A stretch of DNA of 58,242 nt, the filler included, from Squatina squatina (lineage: Eukaryota), in the NCBI GenBank assembly GCA_031763465.1. It is 3 parts of 3 records of this genome, joined end to end, with 100 filler letters (N's around TTAATTAATTAA, not from the genome) between each part and the next. Parts side by side here need not be neighbours in the genome. Positions count along the whole stretch, not along the records: positions 1 to 26,296 come from JARFOE010000100.1; 2 more parts are not named here. The stretch is one strand, 5' to 3'. The notes under the pieces were generated by a model. That model made no database searches and was not told the origin of the DNA. It saw only the letters and a program-made list of their open reading frames with translations. Shown piece after piece: positions 1-12,017 of the stretch. The number at the start of each line of letters is the position of its first letter. Within the stretch, counting starts at the first letter, position 1. The position numbers were made by a program, and so were the translations under genes.

Positions 1-329
1 TGCATTGCTATCTTGTAATTCAGTGCCCAACCACCTCTCGTGAAGCGAGTTTGTATTAAATGTGATTTTATCTTACTAGAAATTGATCCAATGTGGTCCC
101 ATGAAATATACTTCAAAAGGGCTACTTTCACTGACCCAAAGCTCTTACTCGGAGATCTCTGCAAAAGTATCTTTAATTCCCCGTTGCTGGGTGAATGAAT
201 TGGTCTTTGGCCACACACAAAGCAAAACCGTACTTTGCAAATCTATGACAACAATAGCCAGTAGCCAAGGTGACTGTAAATTTGTATTCTGTATGTTTAT
301 AAAAATGTTTTTTTTTAACTTTTATACAG

Positions 330-498
330 AATTTTCAGANNNNNNNNNNCTGTCGAATTTATTATGCCGAAGAATTCCACAAAATGCGAGAAGTGATCTT
401 GGCAAGCAATGAAGATGACTTCATCAGATCTCTATCTCACTGTGTGCCATGGCAAGCTCGAGGAGGCAAATCAGGAGCAGCTTTTTATGCTACAGAAG
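330..498 (+). CDS. PIKFYVE: PIKfyve (PI3P 5-kinase) internal exon, PIPK domain; contains a short N gap
   Basis: cag|..FS(gap)CRIYYAEEFHKMREVILASNEDDFIRSLSHCVPWQARGGKSGAAFYATE|gtac, which includes the GGKSG loop of the Fab1/PIKfyve kinase domain. Confidence 0.95.
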
Positions 499-1336
499 GT
501 ACGAAGAATTTGCTGATTCAGTAAAGATTCAATCGGGCATTTTTTTTTATTGAAACATAGTAAGTAAATAGTTAGTAAATCAGATACTGGTCCATTATAC
601 AAAGTACCTTGTGCTGAACTTTGTATCTGNNNNNNNNNNNNNNNNNNNNNNNNNNNNNNNNNNNNNNNNNNNNNNNNNNNNNNNNNNNNNNNNNNNNNNN
701 NNNNNNNNNNNNNNNNNNNNNNNNNNNNNNNNNNNNNNNNNNNNNNNNNNNNNNNNNNNNNNNNNNNNNNNNNNNNNNNNNNNNNNNNNNNNNNNNNNNN
801 NNNNNNNNNNNNNNNNNNNNNNNNNNNNNNNNNNNNNNNNNNNNNNNNNNNNNNNNNNNNNNNNNNNNNNNNNNNNNNNNNNNNNNNNNNNNNNNNNNNN
901 NNNNNNNNNNNNNNNNNNNNNNNNNNNNNNNNNNNNNNNNNNNNNNNNNNNNNNNNNNNNNNNNNNNNNNNNNNNNNNNNNNNNNNNNNNNNNNNNNNNN
1001 NNNNNNNNNNNNNNNNNNNNNNNNNNNNNNNNNNNNNNNNNNNNNNNNNNNNNNNNNNNNNNNNNNNNNNNNNNNNNNNNNNNNNNNNNNNNNNNNNNNN
1101 NNNNNNNNNNNNNNNNNNNNNNNNNNNNNNNNNNNNNNNNNNNNNNNNNNNNNNNNNNNNNNNNNNNNNNNNNNNNNNNNNNNNNNNNNNNNNNNNNNNN
1201 NNNNNNNNNNNNNNNNNNNNNNNNNNNNNNNNNNNNNNNNNNNNNNNNNNNNNNNNNNNNNNNNNNNNNNNNNNNNNNNNNNNNNNNNNNNNNNNNNNNN
1301 NNNNNNNNNNNNNNNNNNNNNNNNNNNNNNNNNNNN

Positions 1337-1490
1337 CAACATAACAAAAATGGATTATCTGGTCATTATCACAGTGCTGTTTGTGGGAGCTTGCTGTGTG
1401 CAAATTAGCTGCCATGTTTCCTACATTACAGCAGTGACGACACTTCAAAAAGTACTTCATTGGCTGTAAAGCGTTTGGGACATCCGGTGC
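1337..1490 (+). mobile_element. Deu-domain SINE (SacSINE1/AmnSINE1-like), 3' part
   Basis: gattatctggtcattatcacagtgctgtttgtgggagcttgctgtgtgcaaattagctgcc..., repeated at 46398, 46826, 39340(-) and 56460. Confidence 0.75.
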
Positions 1491-2087
1491 TCTTTAAATC
1501 CAAGACGTTCTTCCATTTTTTTCTTTGCTTCCTTCCCTTTCTTCCTTCCTTTGCTCCTGTCCATTGCTTCCAAGTAATGTTATATAGCATAGTGCTAAAA
1601 ATGATCACTGGCCCTTCCAGAACTAAGAAATTACAATCTTCCACTCCTGTTCACCAACACCACCACCACCACAAAGAGTACATCTGCAGTTAACTTCACC
1701 TTCAGTCCAAATTGAAAAAGATTATACTGGTAAAACAAGTTGATAAGCCATTGTCCTGCCAGTGACACATTATTGATGGGAGTCATATCAGTGCCTTGCA
1801 GTCATTTTGAGTGATTATTATTTAGGCAAGGCCAATTGATGACCCTATTAACGATGTAGAAGCAAAACAAGGGAATAGAGATTGGAGTACTCCGCAATTT
1901 TGTTATGTTTAAATTGAAAATGCAGTCTGGAATATTGCTTTAACAAGTTATATATTTGATGGGAAATCTTGCTCATTTTCAAGCTGAATTTATTTCAGTT
2001 GTGTTGTACTTTGTCTTGACTTCAAAGTGCTGACAAATATCTTGGGTGCGATTTTTTAATCATTTTTGAAAATGTGATCTTTTCTAG

Positions 2088-2191
2088 ATGACCGCTTTAT
2101 TCTGAAGCAAATGCCTCGCCTGGAAGTCCAGTCTTTCCTGGACTTTGCTCCTCATTATTTTAATTATGTTACAACTGCCGTTCAGCAAAAA
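2088..2191 (+). CDS. PIKFYVE: PIKfyve next exon
   Basis: tttctag|(D)DRFILKQMPRLEVQSFLDFAPHYFNYVTTAVQQK|gtaagt; phase-compatible with the previous exon. Confidence 0.95.
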
Positions 2192-3028
2192 GTAAGTGGG
2201 GTTTTGGGATGCCTTTTTTTCCCCCAGCCAATTCTCTCTCCACTGCTAAAGGCTTTGACTTCTTATTGTGGCATAACTTCAGGGTGTCTGGTTTCCTGCA
2301 GTACCTTGTCCCATATATGGTCAGTGGGTGTTCAACCTCTGGGAACTTCACAGCCAAGCCTTGGAATTTTCCTTGTACTTTTGACTGGATGGAAAAGGCA
2401 GTGTTTGTTTATCTGTGGTGCTAATCTGTACTCATTGCCCTTTGTGCAATTAATGGAGATAAATGCTATATGTAAACTATACAAATAACACAGGTTCTAG
2501 ATTTCTTGTGAAAAATAAAACCTTCAAGAATTCAGTTCTGCAAAGCTGTTAAGCAACTGTCATTTTTGGGATGCTGCAGCTTTACGGCATAATGCTCTTT
2601 TAGATTCTTGCACTGCCAGTGCTTCAAAAAAAAGAGTAATGCTGAAGTAGTTGAATATTTGTTCATATAAACGTGAGCATATGATCTTGATCATCTTGGA
2701 GTGATGCAGAGGCAGGCCCTTCGTTCTCAAAACTGCTGTGCTCCTCCCAGCAGCCAGTGATGTATGGTGGGTCAGAGGGCAGATTATAAAGGATTTTACA
2801 CAAATGGAAAATTTAACTTGTGGGAAATAGTCATTTTTATTTGAAGAAACAGTGAACTAGTTCAGAGCTCAGCCATCTCTATATAATATCACCACTCAAG
2901 TGCACCACCTGGTGGAGATGTGTGTGGANNNNNNNNNNNNNNNNNNNNNNNNNNNNNNNNNNNNNNNNNNNNNNNNNNNNNNNNNNNNNNNNNNNNNNNN
3001 NNNNNNNNNNNNNNNNNNNNNNNNNNNN

Positions 3029-3628
3029 ACTGCCATAAGGAGTTGTTCAATTGAATAGCATAGTTGCATTTAAGAGGAAGCTAAATAATCACACGAGGGA
3101 GAAAGGAATAGAAGGTTTTAAAATTCTCACCCTCATTTTCAAATCGCTTCATGGCCTCACCCATCCCTATCGCTGAAATCTCCTCCAGCCCTAAAACCCT
3201 CTGAGGTAGCTGCGCTCCTCCAATTCTGGTCTCTTGAGCATCCCCGATTTTAATTGCTCCATCATTGGTGCCCGTTCCTTCAGCTGCCAACGCCCTAAGC
3301 TCTGGAATTCCCTCCCTAAACTTCTTTGCCTCTCTTTCCTCCTTCAAGACGCTCCTTAAAACCTACCTCATTGACCAAGCTTTTGGTCATCTGCACTAAT
3401 ATCTCCTTATGCGGCTCAGTGTCAAATTTTGCTCGATAACGCTCCTGTGAAGCGGCTTGGGGTGTTTTACTACATTAAAGGTGCTATACAAATACAATTT
3501 GTTGTTTTTGTTAAGCTGATAGGGTTAGAGGAAGAGGGGTGGAGGAGGTTTGTGTGAAGCATAAACACCAGCATGTTGGGCTGAATGTCCTCTTTCTGTG
3601 CTGTACATTCTATGTAATTCTATGTAAC
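3029..3628 (+). mobile_element. CR1 LINE 3' end interrupted by an L2-type LINE 3' end (~3118-3511)
   Basis: The CR1 tail (gaaggtt|..|gctgatagggttag...ttctatgtaattctatg) is split by an L2-like segment (ttaaaattctcaccctc...ctccttaaaacctacctc...ttgttgtt). Confidence 0.7.
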
Positions 3629-4069
3629 TAGCAAGCAAACAGTAAACAGTAAGAAGTGACTTTATTTCTGCATATTGTACAAAATAAGTTGCAGTCTCTA
3701 TGTTTTCCATGCTACCATATGGCCATGCATGTTCAGCATCGAAAGAGCTTCACTCTGTAAATGTGCTTATGTGTTTTCAGGGTATTAAAGACTCACATCA
3801 TTTCACCGCTAGTGAGAAGTGGAAAGAGTTTTTAATCCTCATCGCTTCAACTCATATGATGTGGAACTTTCAGAGTAGTTATTGCCTTGAATTTCTAGAT
3901 ATTTAATTCTCCAAGCAATAATTGTTGCTACAGTCCTTTAAACAGCTGCAGCAACACTTTAATTTTTCTGTACATGCAAGCAAACTCCACAGGCAAGTAT
4001 GTATATCACAACATATGTTTTCAGATGCTGTTTTTGGAGCAGCATGTAGATGAGAAATAGGAGTGGGCC

Positions 4070-4411
4070 AAGCACCTTGGGAAACTCCAAAGGTAACAAT
4101 GCAGGATTGGGAAGAAAAGCCATTGCAGGTGATACTCTGGCTATGATTGGATACAATGGAACCAGGCGAGGGCAGTCCCACCTAATTAGATGATGGAGGA
4201 GAGGCACTGGAGGAGGATAGTGAGGTCAACCGTCTCGAAGGCTACAGACGGGTTGAGAAGGCCAAGGAGAGCTAGTTCACCATGGTTACAGTCACATAGA
4301 ATGTCATTTGTGACTTTGACAAGGGTCGTTTCAGTACTGTGGTGGGAGCGGAAACCTGATTGGAGGGAATCAAATATGGAATTGTGGGAAAGATGGGCAC
4401 AGATTTGGGAG
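4070..4411 (-). mobile_element. L2-clade LINE reverse transcriptase fragment, degenerate
   Basis: The minus strand reads like QSGFRSHHSTETTLVKVTNDILCD...AFETVD...GVSQG, RT motifs with frameshifts. Confidence 0.7.
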
Positions 4412-4511
4412 NNNNNNNNNNNNNNNNNNNNNNNNNNNNNNNNNNNNNNNNNNNNNNNNNNNNNNNNNNNNNNNNNNNNNNNNNNNNNNNNNNNNNNNNN
4501 NNNNNNNNNNN

Positions 4512-4636
4512 AGGTATTGTTTAAATACTGTCGCAGTCAGGCGTTGTATAAACACTGTCACAGTCAGGCTTTGTTGAAATACTGCCACCGTCAGGAATTG
4601 TTCAAGTACTGTCGCAGTAAGGCATTGTTCAAGTGA
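4512..4636. repeat. 27-bp minisatellite, about 4.5 units
   Basis: Units such as aggcgttgtataaacactgtcacagtc and aggctttgttgaaatactgccaccgtc. Confidence 0.85.
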
Positions 4637-5429
4637 TCCCCAAGCAGAATTATGCAATTTGATTTGCTTTACACAGCATCCTTAAGTGCTTTAAAAACTT
4701 AGACTGAGCACAGATTTGAAGTCAATTCAATTTGTATTTGTCATCTGAAAGCATTGAGAAGCACTCTATTAAAATAAACCAAATGTTGCTCACAGTTAAT
4801 GATTTGCATCTATTTATAGTTACAAATTGGAGGTGAGTAAATGGGGAAAAAATGTTATTGGGTTCAGCTCTGGTTGCTCTGCCACAGTGAATATTGTAAA
4901 TTTAGTTGATTTGGAAAAGTTGGAACTCATCCATTTGCCAAGTTTTATTGAATAGACTGAGTCTCAGCGTTCATTTTTTGCCTTAAGTCTCTGCAAAGCG
5001 CTTGGGATATTTTACGACTGCACGTAAATGCGAGTTGCTTACTCCCCCTCACTAACCCAAAGGCACTGAGGCTAACTGTTGTGCCTTCACTCATTGATCG
5101 GCTAACTCAGCACAGACTGGGGCTCAGTATCTCACCATTTATTATTTTAGCCTATTAAATGAGAGATGTGAATGACCTCACCTGAAATGAGTTGAAGAAA
5201 AGTTCAAAGTGCATCCGGATTTCCCATGCTAATCCAGTGAAGGTATGTGGCATGCCAACAAACACGATGTAATGTACTCCAAACACGAACACAAGAACAA
5301 GGGTGGATTTTGCCAATTTTCTTAAAAAGAGAAAAGCAGAATTATAACCACTATCAATGAAATGTTTGTAATATTACATGAAAATCAATCTGCTGCCTAC
5401 CCTGATCTTGGTAGTGAACCTATAATCAT

Positions 5430-5915
5430 CATCCTTCTCCACATTTCCCCCAGAATGTTAGCTTTTTTGCTAACAATGGCCCTTGCAATCCATGATCTCA
5501 TGGTACCTGATTCCATTGACGTCATGGCACTCACTGAAGCACAGCTCACAGTCAGTGACTCCTTCAGCCTGAATGAAGCTTTGTCAGTTCACTATTATGT
5601 CCATCACTTGCCCCACTTTAATCATCACTAAATACAACCTTGATTTTCTTCTGGTTCATTCTACTCTTTTGAGCACCTCACCCTTTTCCATCTGCCATGC
5701 CTCTCATTCAAAATCCTCTTCCAAAAATGTCCTCCTTGCTAACCTCAGTGCCTGCACCAAGGCTTTTACTTCTTGGCCTTGGTCATTTTAATCTATACCT
5801 AATTGCCCCATACCCGTTTACCTCTGATTTCACTGTAATCCTGACCATCCTCAATCTCAGCCTTAATCACGCCCCCACTCATATCCTTGACCTCTTCATT
5901 TCTTGTGGCGTTTCT
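5430..5915 (+). mobile_element. Degenerate L2-like LINE endonuclease-region fragment
   Basis: Pyrimidine-rich; translates ...ALAIHDLMVPDSIDVMALTE... and ...PTHILDLFIS.., resembling APE endonuclease motifs. Confidence 0.5.
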
Positions 5916-6029
5916 TGATGGAGTGATCCCCGTGCCAGAACAGGTGGAGCACAGGCCCAATCAAAATTTAAATAAGATCAACAAGCTTCAAATGAGATGT
6001 AAGCCAAGCCTCATCTTCCTATTTAGATT

Positions 6030-6290
6030 ACATTTCCCAGGGCACTATTCGAAGAAGAGCAGGAAGTTCTTTTGGTGTCTTGGCCAAGCTTCATCTCAAC
6101 ACAAAAACAGATTAAACCTTCATTTATCCCATTTGTTGTTTGTTCAATCTTGCTGTGTGAACATTGGTTGCAAATAATGCGCACAAAATAGCAACAACTG
6201 CCCTTCGAAAATAATAAAATGGCTATACAGCACTTTGGCACATCCAGAGGATGTAACAAGTCCAATGAATAAAGCAGGCTCTGTCTTTCT
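6030..6290 (+). mobile_element. Degenerate Deu-domain SINE
   Basis: ggcactattcgaagaagagcagg...tggccaa...aaacagattaa...tcttgctgtgtg. Confidence 0.6.
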
Positions 6291-6414
6291 AAGGGTGAGT
6301 GGAGACAGAATGATCCTAAATGTTGGAATTTGTTTAGTTTTTGTTTCAGGAACTGGATCAACTTCATAATAATGTATGTGAGAAAATAACAACTTGTCTC
6401 CAAAATCAAAAAAA

Positions 6415-8487
6415 GGCACCCAATTGGTCTGCCCTGTGTTTAAAACGCAAGGTGACCAAAAACTATAATTTTAGCGCCCGTTTTGCACTATCACACTAAA
6501 TCGCGGAATTCAGGTCTTTGATAACATTTTTCTGGCAGCTTAAAAACTCGTGCAGAATTCAGCACTAAAGGGTCCCTGATCGGCGCTAATTAAACTTTAC
6601 TGGTTTCAGCGGGCCAATTCAACAAACGATCTAAGGAGCTGCAATCTAGTGCCAGGCCACCTCAGGCTTTAAAGGGGCTCCTTCTGCACACACAACAACT
6701 GCTTTGGTCAGCCACAGTGGAGCTCATTTGTACCTCAGGAGGGATTCTTGTGTATTGTGCTGTGCTGTGTTGGGCACTGATAATCGATGGCAACTGTGGA
6801 GACCAGGAGGTCCAGGGCCTCCAAGTTCTCCGACACAGCCCTTATCACTCTGATTGCTGGTGTGGAGAGGAGGGCTAACAGGCTCTTCCCACCAGCAGGA
6901 AGAAGGGGCACAGCCCGAATGATCTGGCGCACCTGGAGGAAGGTGGCAACTGAGGTGTCGGCCTCCGATGTGGCACAGAGGCACTCAGTGCCAAAAGAAA
7001 TTTAATGTCCTCACTCGCATAGTTAAGGTGAATCCGACTCTTTCAACAATGGCCGCCTCATCTCAAAGTCTCTCATTCTTAGTTTGCCATTGTATTGACA
7101 AAGTTGAAGATATGCTTACAGTGGAACCCTGCATAATCACGCCCACTGGGCATTGCACACAACCTCTTGCCAGTGCCATGATCTTGCAAGTTGAAAGGGA
7201 AGGGTAAGCCTGAATGCACTTGTCCTTGTATATGCAGGCTAAACTCACGGCCATAAGGGCACACCGGAATCGTGGAGGAGCTGAGGAGGGAGAGGTCGTA
7301 GAGCTGTCTGACCTGGAAAATGATGTCACCCGAATCATCAGCGCTGAGTTGGGTCAGCCCGTTGCAAGAGAAGGTGTCATGCTCCCCCCTGATGATGAGG
7401 GTGAGTGACATGGCACTGACTTAACGATGACTGTTCCTCCTTGCATTGTCCCCATCAAGAACTTCGCTGTGCTAATCTGGAGTGCTGATGTCTGAGACCT
7501 GCCTTCGGGCCTTACCTTTATGTGCCTTTTATGCCATTGTGTCTTCCAGATATGCCCTCCTCTCCTGAAATGTAAGGCCCTGCAGACTTGGGAATGGAAT
7601 CGCCAGATGCCTCCACGGATCCTCAGGCGCCAGCCAGCCACAGTTAGGCTGCTGAGGAAGAGGCTATGACTGCGGAGGAGGGGTGGGAGGAGGAGGACTG
7701 GTGGGAAGGATGGGGAAGAGGGGGAGGAGGCCCGCACTTACCAGGGCCATGTACTGCGTCACACCATACTCCTTCCTCAGACGCCAGCTCAGAGCCTTGC
7801 ACCTCGCGTACTGTAGAGGGTAGATCACAACCTCAGTTTTCACATGGTGCTGCACAGGGTCCGAGTGGGGTACAGCTTGGGGCAAGGCCAAGGGAAGCTG
7901 GTGTGGCAAGTGGCCGGAGGGTGAATTGGCCACTTGGCACTGCTGGCCATGGCGCAGGTGAGGACCTGTGTGAGGGCAATGTGCCACAGACGGTCTTGAC
8001 AATGCATGAGCAGATGACCATGTCGATTGCAAGGCTGACAGAGACCCTCACAGAGGTGCTGAAAAAGAGTCCACCTCCCGCATCATGGAGAGCTCGATGC
8101 AGACCTTGCCATCTATTCTTAGGAGCATTCATTCCATGCTAGAGTTGCACCTCGAATGTCAGGATCCAGCAGCCATGAGAACTCTGATGGGCGATGTGGC
8201 ATCCTTCATTGCGGCACAAGTTGAGACCACGCAACAGCTTGCTGCTGCAATGCAAGCACTATCTGCCACAACCCATGCTCAGTCTGTTCTCATACAGGCT
8301 CAGAATGTTGCAGCAGGAGGTTGCTAGTGCCATGCGGGAAGTGGTAGCTGGCATCCGTGAAGATTTTGTTTTCCACCAATCTCAACTAGATGCGATACGA
8401 GCACTGACTGCAGCCATCGCAACTGGGTCCATGACGGGAGACCGGGGGTTCAACGGTGCACTGGCACTGCTGCAGTCTGTGATCCCG
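6415..8487 (+). mobile_element. PIF/Harbinger-type transposon, left part, carrying a spliced Myb/SANT-like (NAIF1-like) gene; truncated by a gap
   Basis: Terminus ggcacccaattggtc is shared with MITEs in this window; coding exons are described in the next feature. Confidence 0.7.
6787..8487 (+). pseudogene. Harbinger Myb/SANT-like DNA-binding protein gene: exons 6787-7027, 7238-7400, 7550->8487; frameshifted, with stops
   Basis: MATVETRRSRASKFSDTALITLIAGVERRANRLFP...WRKVATEVSA...(fs)TQCQKKFNVLTRIVK|gtgaat; gcag|AKLTAIRAHRNRGG...LSDLENDVTRII..DDE|gtgagt; acidic then helical C-terminal exon. Confidence 0.75.
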
Positions 8488-8587
8488 NNNNNNNNNNNNN
8501 NNNNNNNNNNNNNNNNNNNNNNNNNNNNNNNNNNNNNNNNNNNNNNNNNNNNNNNNNNNNNNNNNNNNNNNNNNNNNNNNNNNNNNN

Positions 8588-8736
8588 CTTTCAGATCATC
8601 CACTGAAAGAGAATCATAGTCTTGTATTCCGAAATCAGAATGCACAACGTTGTCTTTGATGAAAATGCTGATGGCTCTGAGCATGAAGGAGCCAAACAAG
8701 TGCATGTGTATATAATTCCTAGTGCAATGGAGCCTT
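8588..8736 (-). CDS. PTH2R: PTH2 receptor exon (ICL1-TM2-ECL1), 3' end lost in gap
   Basis: aacag|[49 protein letters not shown]; class [14 protein letters not shown] motif. Confidence 0.88.
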
Positions 8737-9844
8737 CTGTTAAGGAAAAAAAAGAATGTAAGGCATCTTACACCCAATATCCTTGAGCTACTTTTCTATG
8801 CCATAATAACCAAACTGTTAAAATGATGCAATATCATAATGCTTTACAAGATTGTTTTTCAGCAAGCTGTAGCTATTGATTCAAGCTCCAGGAATCACTA
8901 GTACTTCACCACTGTGCATCAATATATTATAAACTTTGTACATATTCTGAAGATATCCACTTTTAACAATTTTACAGTTGCACATACAAAAACCATAATT
9001 ACTAAGAAAATCATCAGCCTTTTTGTGCCATCAGCTGTTAAATTTCTAAAGAAAGCTATAGATTCTATCAGAAATATATGCTTGTCAATGTGAGGTATTT
9101 AGTGCTGAAGTATAGGCCATTCTGGCAGTGTTAGTGTTGACCATTCTCGAGTTGGGTAAGCATATCTCCAGCTTCAAGCATAGGCCTGTTTTTGGTTCAG
9201 TTTTCTAGCATCTGTAGTTTTTTTTGGTTTTGGTTAACATTCTTTACATTGATGAATGCAAAACAATTTCCAAAAATGTAAATTTAAAAGAAAATGCAAT
9301 ATTAGCAAATATTGATCTTTTAACTACCGATTATATGCTTCAAGNNNNNNNNNNNNNNNNNNNNNNNNNNNNNNNNNNNNNNNNNNNNNNNNNNNNNNNN
9401 NNNNNNNNNNNNNNNNNNNNNNNNNNNNNNNNNNNNNNNNNNNNGTACACTTTTCAATTTAGTGCTGCCGGTGCTGAGCTTCACACAACGGGAGCACTTT
9501 TCTGGAATTTAAAAACTCTCACCATCTCGTTATCTATCTGACCAGTCTTACTCGTGCCTGGGTCCCCAACAGGCTGTTGGTTAGGTTCGCCGCAATTTTT
9601 GGATGGAACTTCCTGCCTGCCCTGGAGACACTGGGCGCAGTCGGCCAAGGCCTACTTGTTCCCAGAAGCTCTCCTGCTGCCCTGACTCTGGCACACCTGC
9701 ATGATTTTCCATCCATTCATTTCTGCTTCCATCGCACAAAGCTCTGTGCTAGCAATGCTAAATTGTAAAATATATCCCGTTACATTCCTTCTCATATTTA
9801 AAATGGTAATGGATAAAAAAATTAGACCAATCTTTTCCACTTAC

Positions 9845-9939
9845 TTGAAATATCCTATGATCATAATCGCTATGGTCAATGAGCAGAGTGACACAGAATA
9901 TCCCACGGTATACATTATATATAATCGTTCAAAGAATTC
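9845..9939 (-). CDS. PTH2R: PTH2 receptor TM1 exon
   Basis: ttaacag|[31 protein letters not shown](K)|gtaagt; [12 protein letters not shown] is PTH2R-type; phase 2 joins the 8736 exon. Confidence 0.9.
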
Positions 9940-10191
9940 CTGTTAAAATTCAAATGTATCGAGTAAAAATCAAAAAGCAGATAATATTCTGTAAAAATAC
10001 ATTTCTTGGTTTTTATTTTTGCTAATCATATAATTTTGAACTAAACTGAAAATAGCATTACCAAATATTTGAGATGAAATCAGACTTCACTGTTAATTTT
10101 CCCCCAATCCCCACCCCCACCATCCCCAACAGATTGTAACACAAATATAAAGGTCTGTAGAATCTCAGCAAAGGGAGATTTGAACTTTTAC

Positions 10192-10313
10192 TTGTCTATG
10201 GCTGCTGTCGGGCTGCAGGAACGTGATACACTCTGTGTAATTTGTCCATGTTCGGTTTAGGTTTTCAACAAACTCCCATTTCCCATCATCATCGCAGTAG
10301 CGATAGGCAAACC
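10192..10313 (-). CDS. PTH2R: PTH2 receptor extracellular hormone-binding domain exon
   Basis: ttgcag|(G)FAYRYCDDDGKWEFVENLNRTWTNYTECITFLQPDSSHRQ|gtaaaa; FLQPD is as in PTH2R. Confidence 0.88.
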
Positions 10314-10486
10314 CTGCAAACAAATGGGAAGAAAAACACCTTGTTGATATTTTAAGAGCTGTGGTGTCTCTTCTGGCTGATTAGCCNNNNNNNNNNNNNN
10401 NNNNNNNNNNNNNNNNNNNNNNNNNNNNNNNNNNNNNNNNNNNNNNNNNNNNNNNNNNNNNNNNNNNNNNNNNNNNNNNNNNNNNN

Positions 10487-10890
10487 CACAGGCTGAGGTC
10501 ACGGAGGCTGGGGCAACACCGCTGGGCCACCAGGGAGTCTGTTTCGAGGCCTACAAAATGCCCTGACAGAGAGCATGCCAACAAGTGGATGCACAAGCAA
10601 TGGTGGCCAACTGACCGGCAAACATCGGCCAATGCTGTAAAACCTGCCGTTGCCAACGACGGGGGCCTTACTGGCGAGCCACGCACCAATTCTGGACACA
10701 GCGGTGTCACCGGTGACACAAAAGAGCTGTCGTTATGGGGTTGGCACGCAACATGGCGTCCCCACGAAAAGGGCTTATCGCCACTGGGGCGCTATGCCCA
10801 ATTGCCGAAACTACTGAAATTTACATTAACACTGCCCAGGTAGCGCCATTGTTCGGTGCTACTACAGGTCTAAAGCAGACCAATTGGGCC
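10487..10890. mobile_element. GC-rich non-autonomous Harbinger-like MITE, right part
   Basis: Ends gcagaccaattgggcc, which is the reverse complement of the 6415 terminus type; the interior resembles 51655-52032 and 53857-54333. Confidence 0.6.
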
Positions 10891-12017
10891 TTCTCTGTGT
10901 TTTGCCCACAATGGTGCTGTTAATTCAGGAGTGTTTCTCTCAGAATTTGAACAATTGAGTAGGTTAATCCAGATTATATAGGTTTGCATGCCAGATAGAT
11001 TAACTTCTTGGCTTGATTAATATCAACAGAAAGTGCAAGCAAGTCTACACATCTATATACTTACAGGTATGACATCCATCAGGGTCTGCGAACTACTAAC
11101 CAATCGAAGTGAGTTCTCAGTGCGAAATATCAAATAATTACTAAAAGTGATCCTATTTATACACCTCAAACAGTTTCTAAGCAATGTCAAATGACTTGCT
11201 CTGAACCTATCAATTCTGAGATTATCATTATGTGATCCTTATGTGTCATATGCTACAATACCAGTAAATAACAATGTTGTACCACAAATACTTAATTCTG
11301 GCTGGAATGTAGATGGCATTCTATTTGCAATGTGGTAGTCCCATTAAGATAAGATAATCATTCTAAACGGTTCTAAGCATTCACACTCTTTTCAGGATAA
11401 TAGTAAACCAAACCAGACAAGTTTCCAAACTAGGCTATAATTGTTTATACAGGTCCTTTGATGGTTCTTAAATTGCCTTAAACTGACAACACATTCTGCT
11501 TGCTTAACTTTGGCCTGCAGAGTCCTAATGACCTGATTCAGACCAGGTGTTAGCCAGCATCACACAAAATAAATTCATACTGTACTGATATTAGCACTGA
11601 CCTGTATTGTTGCACTTTTTTCTCTCATTTCACACAAAATGTTCCAACCCTTCTGCCGAGTCACGCTCAGTGCATTTCTGCAGTTCTTCCTGTAATATAG
11701 CCCTCTATCCTAACCATACCCTTTATCCCTGCCAAGCTGTGAACCTACTATATTACGTACTACCTTACAGTCATCTGATTATCAGCTCCCTTAACTCAAT
11801 ACTCCAGTATCACTCCCCTCAACCTTTCTTGCCTTCCTCTGTTTCATCAATATTACTATGGTTATTGCTTGTTAAATTTCCAAGACTTGTTGCTCTTCCA
11901 GTTCATTCATGCCACAGGTTTAATGGCTGGTGCAAAACAGTTCTGGCTTCACATAGACAGTGAACTTGTACAATGCAAATTGACTGTGAAGGCCTGAACT
12001 GACTCCAAAGTGAATTA

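Noticed and set aside
471-1469. Long ORFs in the track (also 29661-30309, 49366-50166 and many 100-N spans)
   Set aside because: They are read-through of N gaps
4512-4636. CRISPR-like array (also 21795-22105 and 37970-38092)
   Set aside because: Contiguous tandem units without unique spacers, no cas genes, vertebrate DNA
2192-8587. Apparent truncation of PIKFYVE and PTH2R, and missing exons in MAP2, WDR17 and GPM6A, read as gene loss or unusual compaction
   Set aside because: Unsized gaps lie between the exons. The exons present are intact with canonical splice sites
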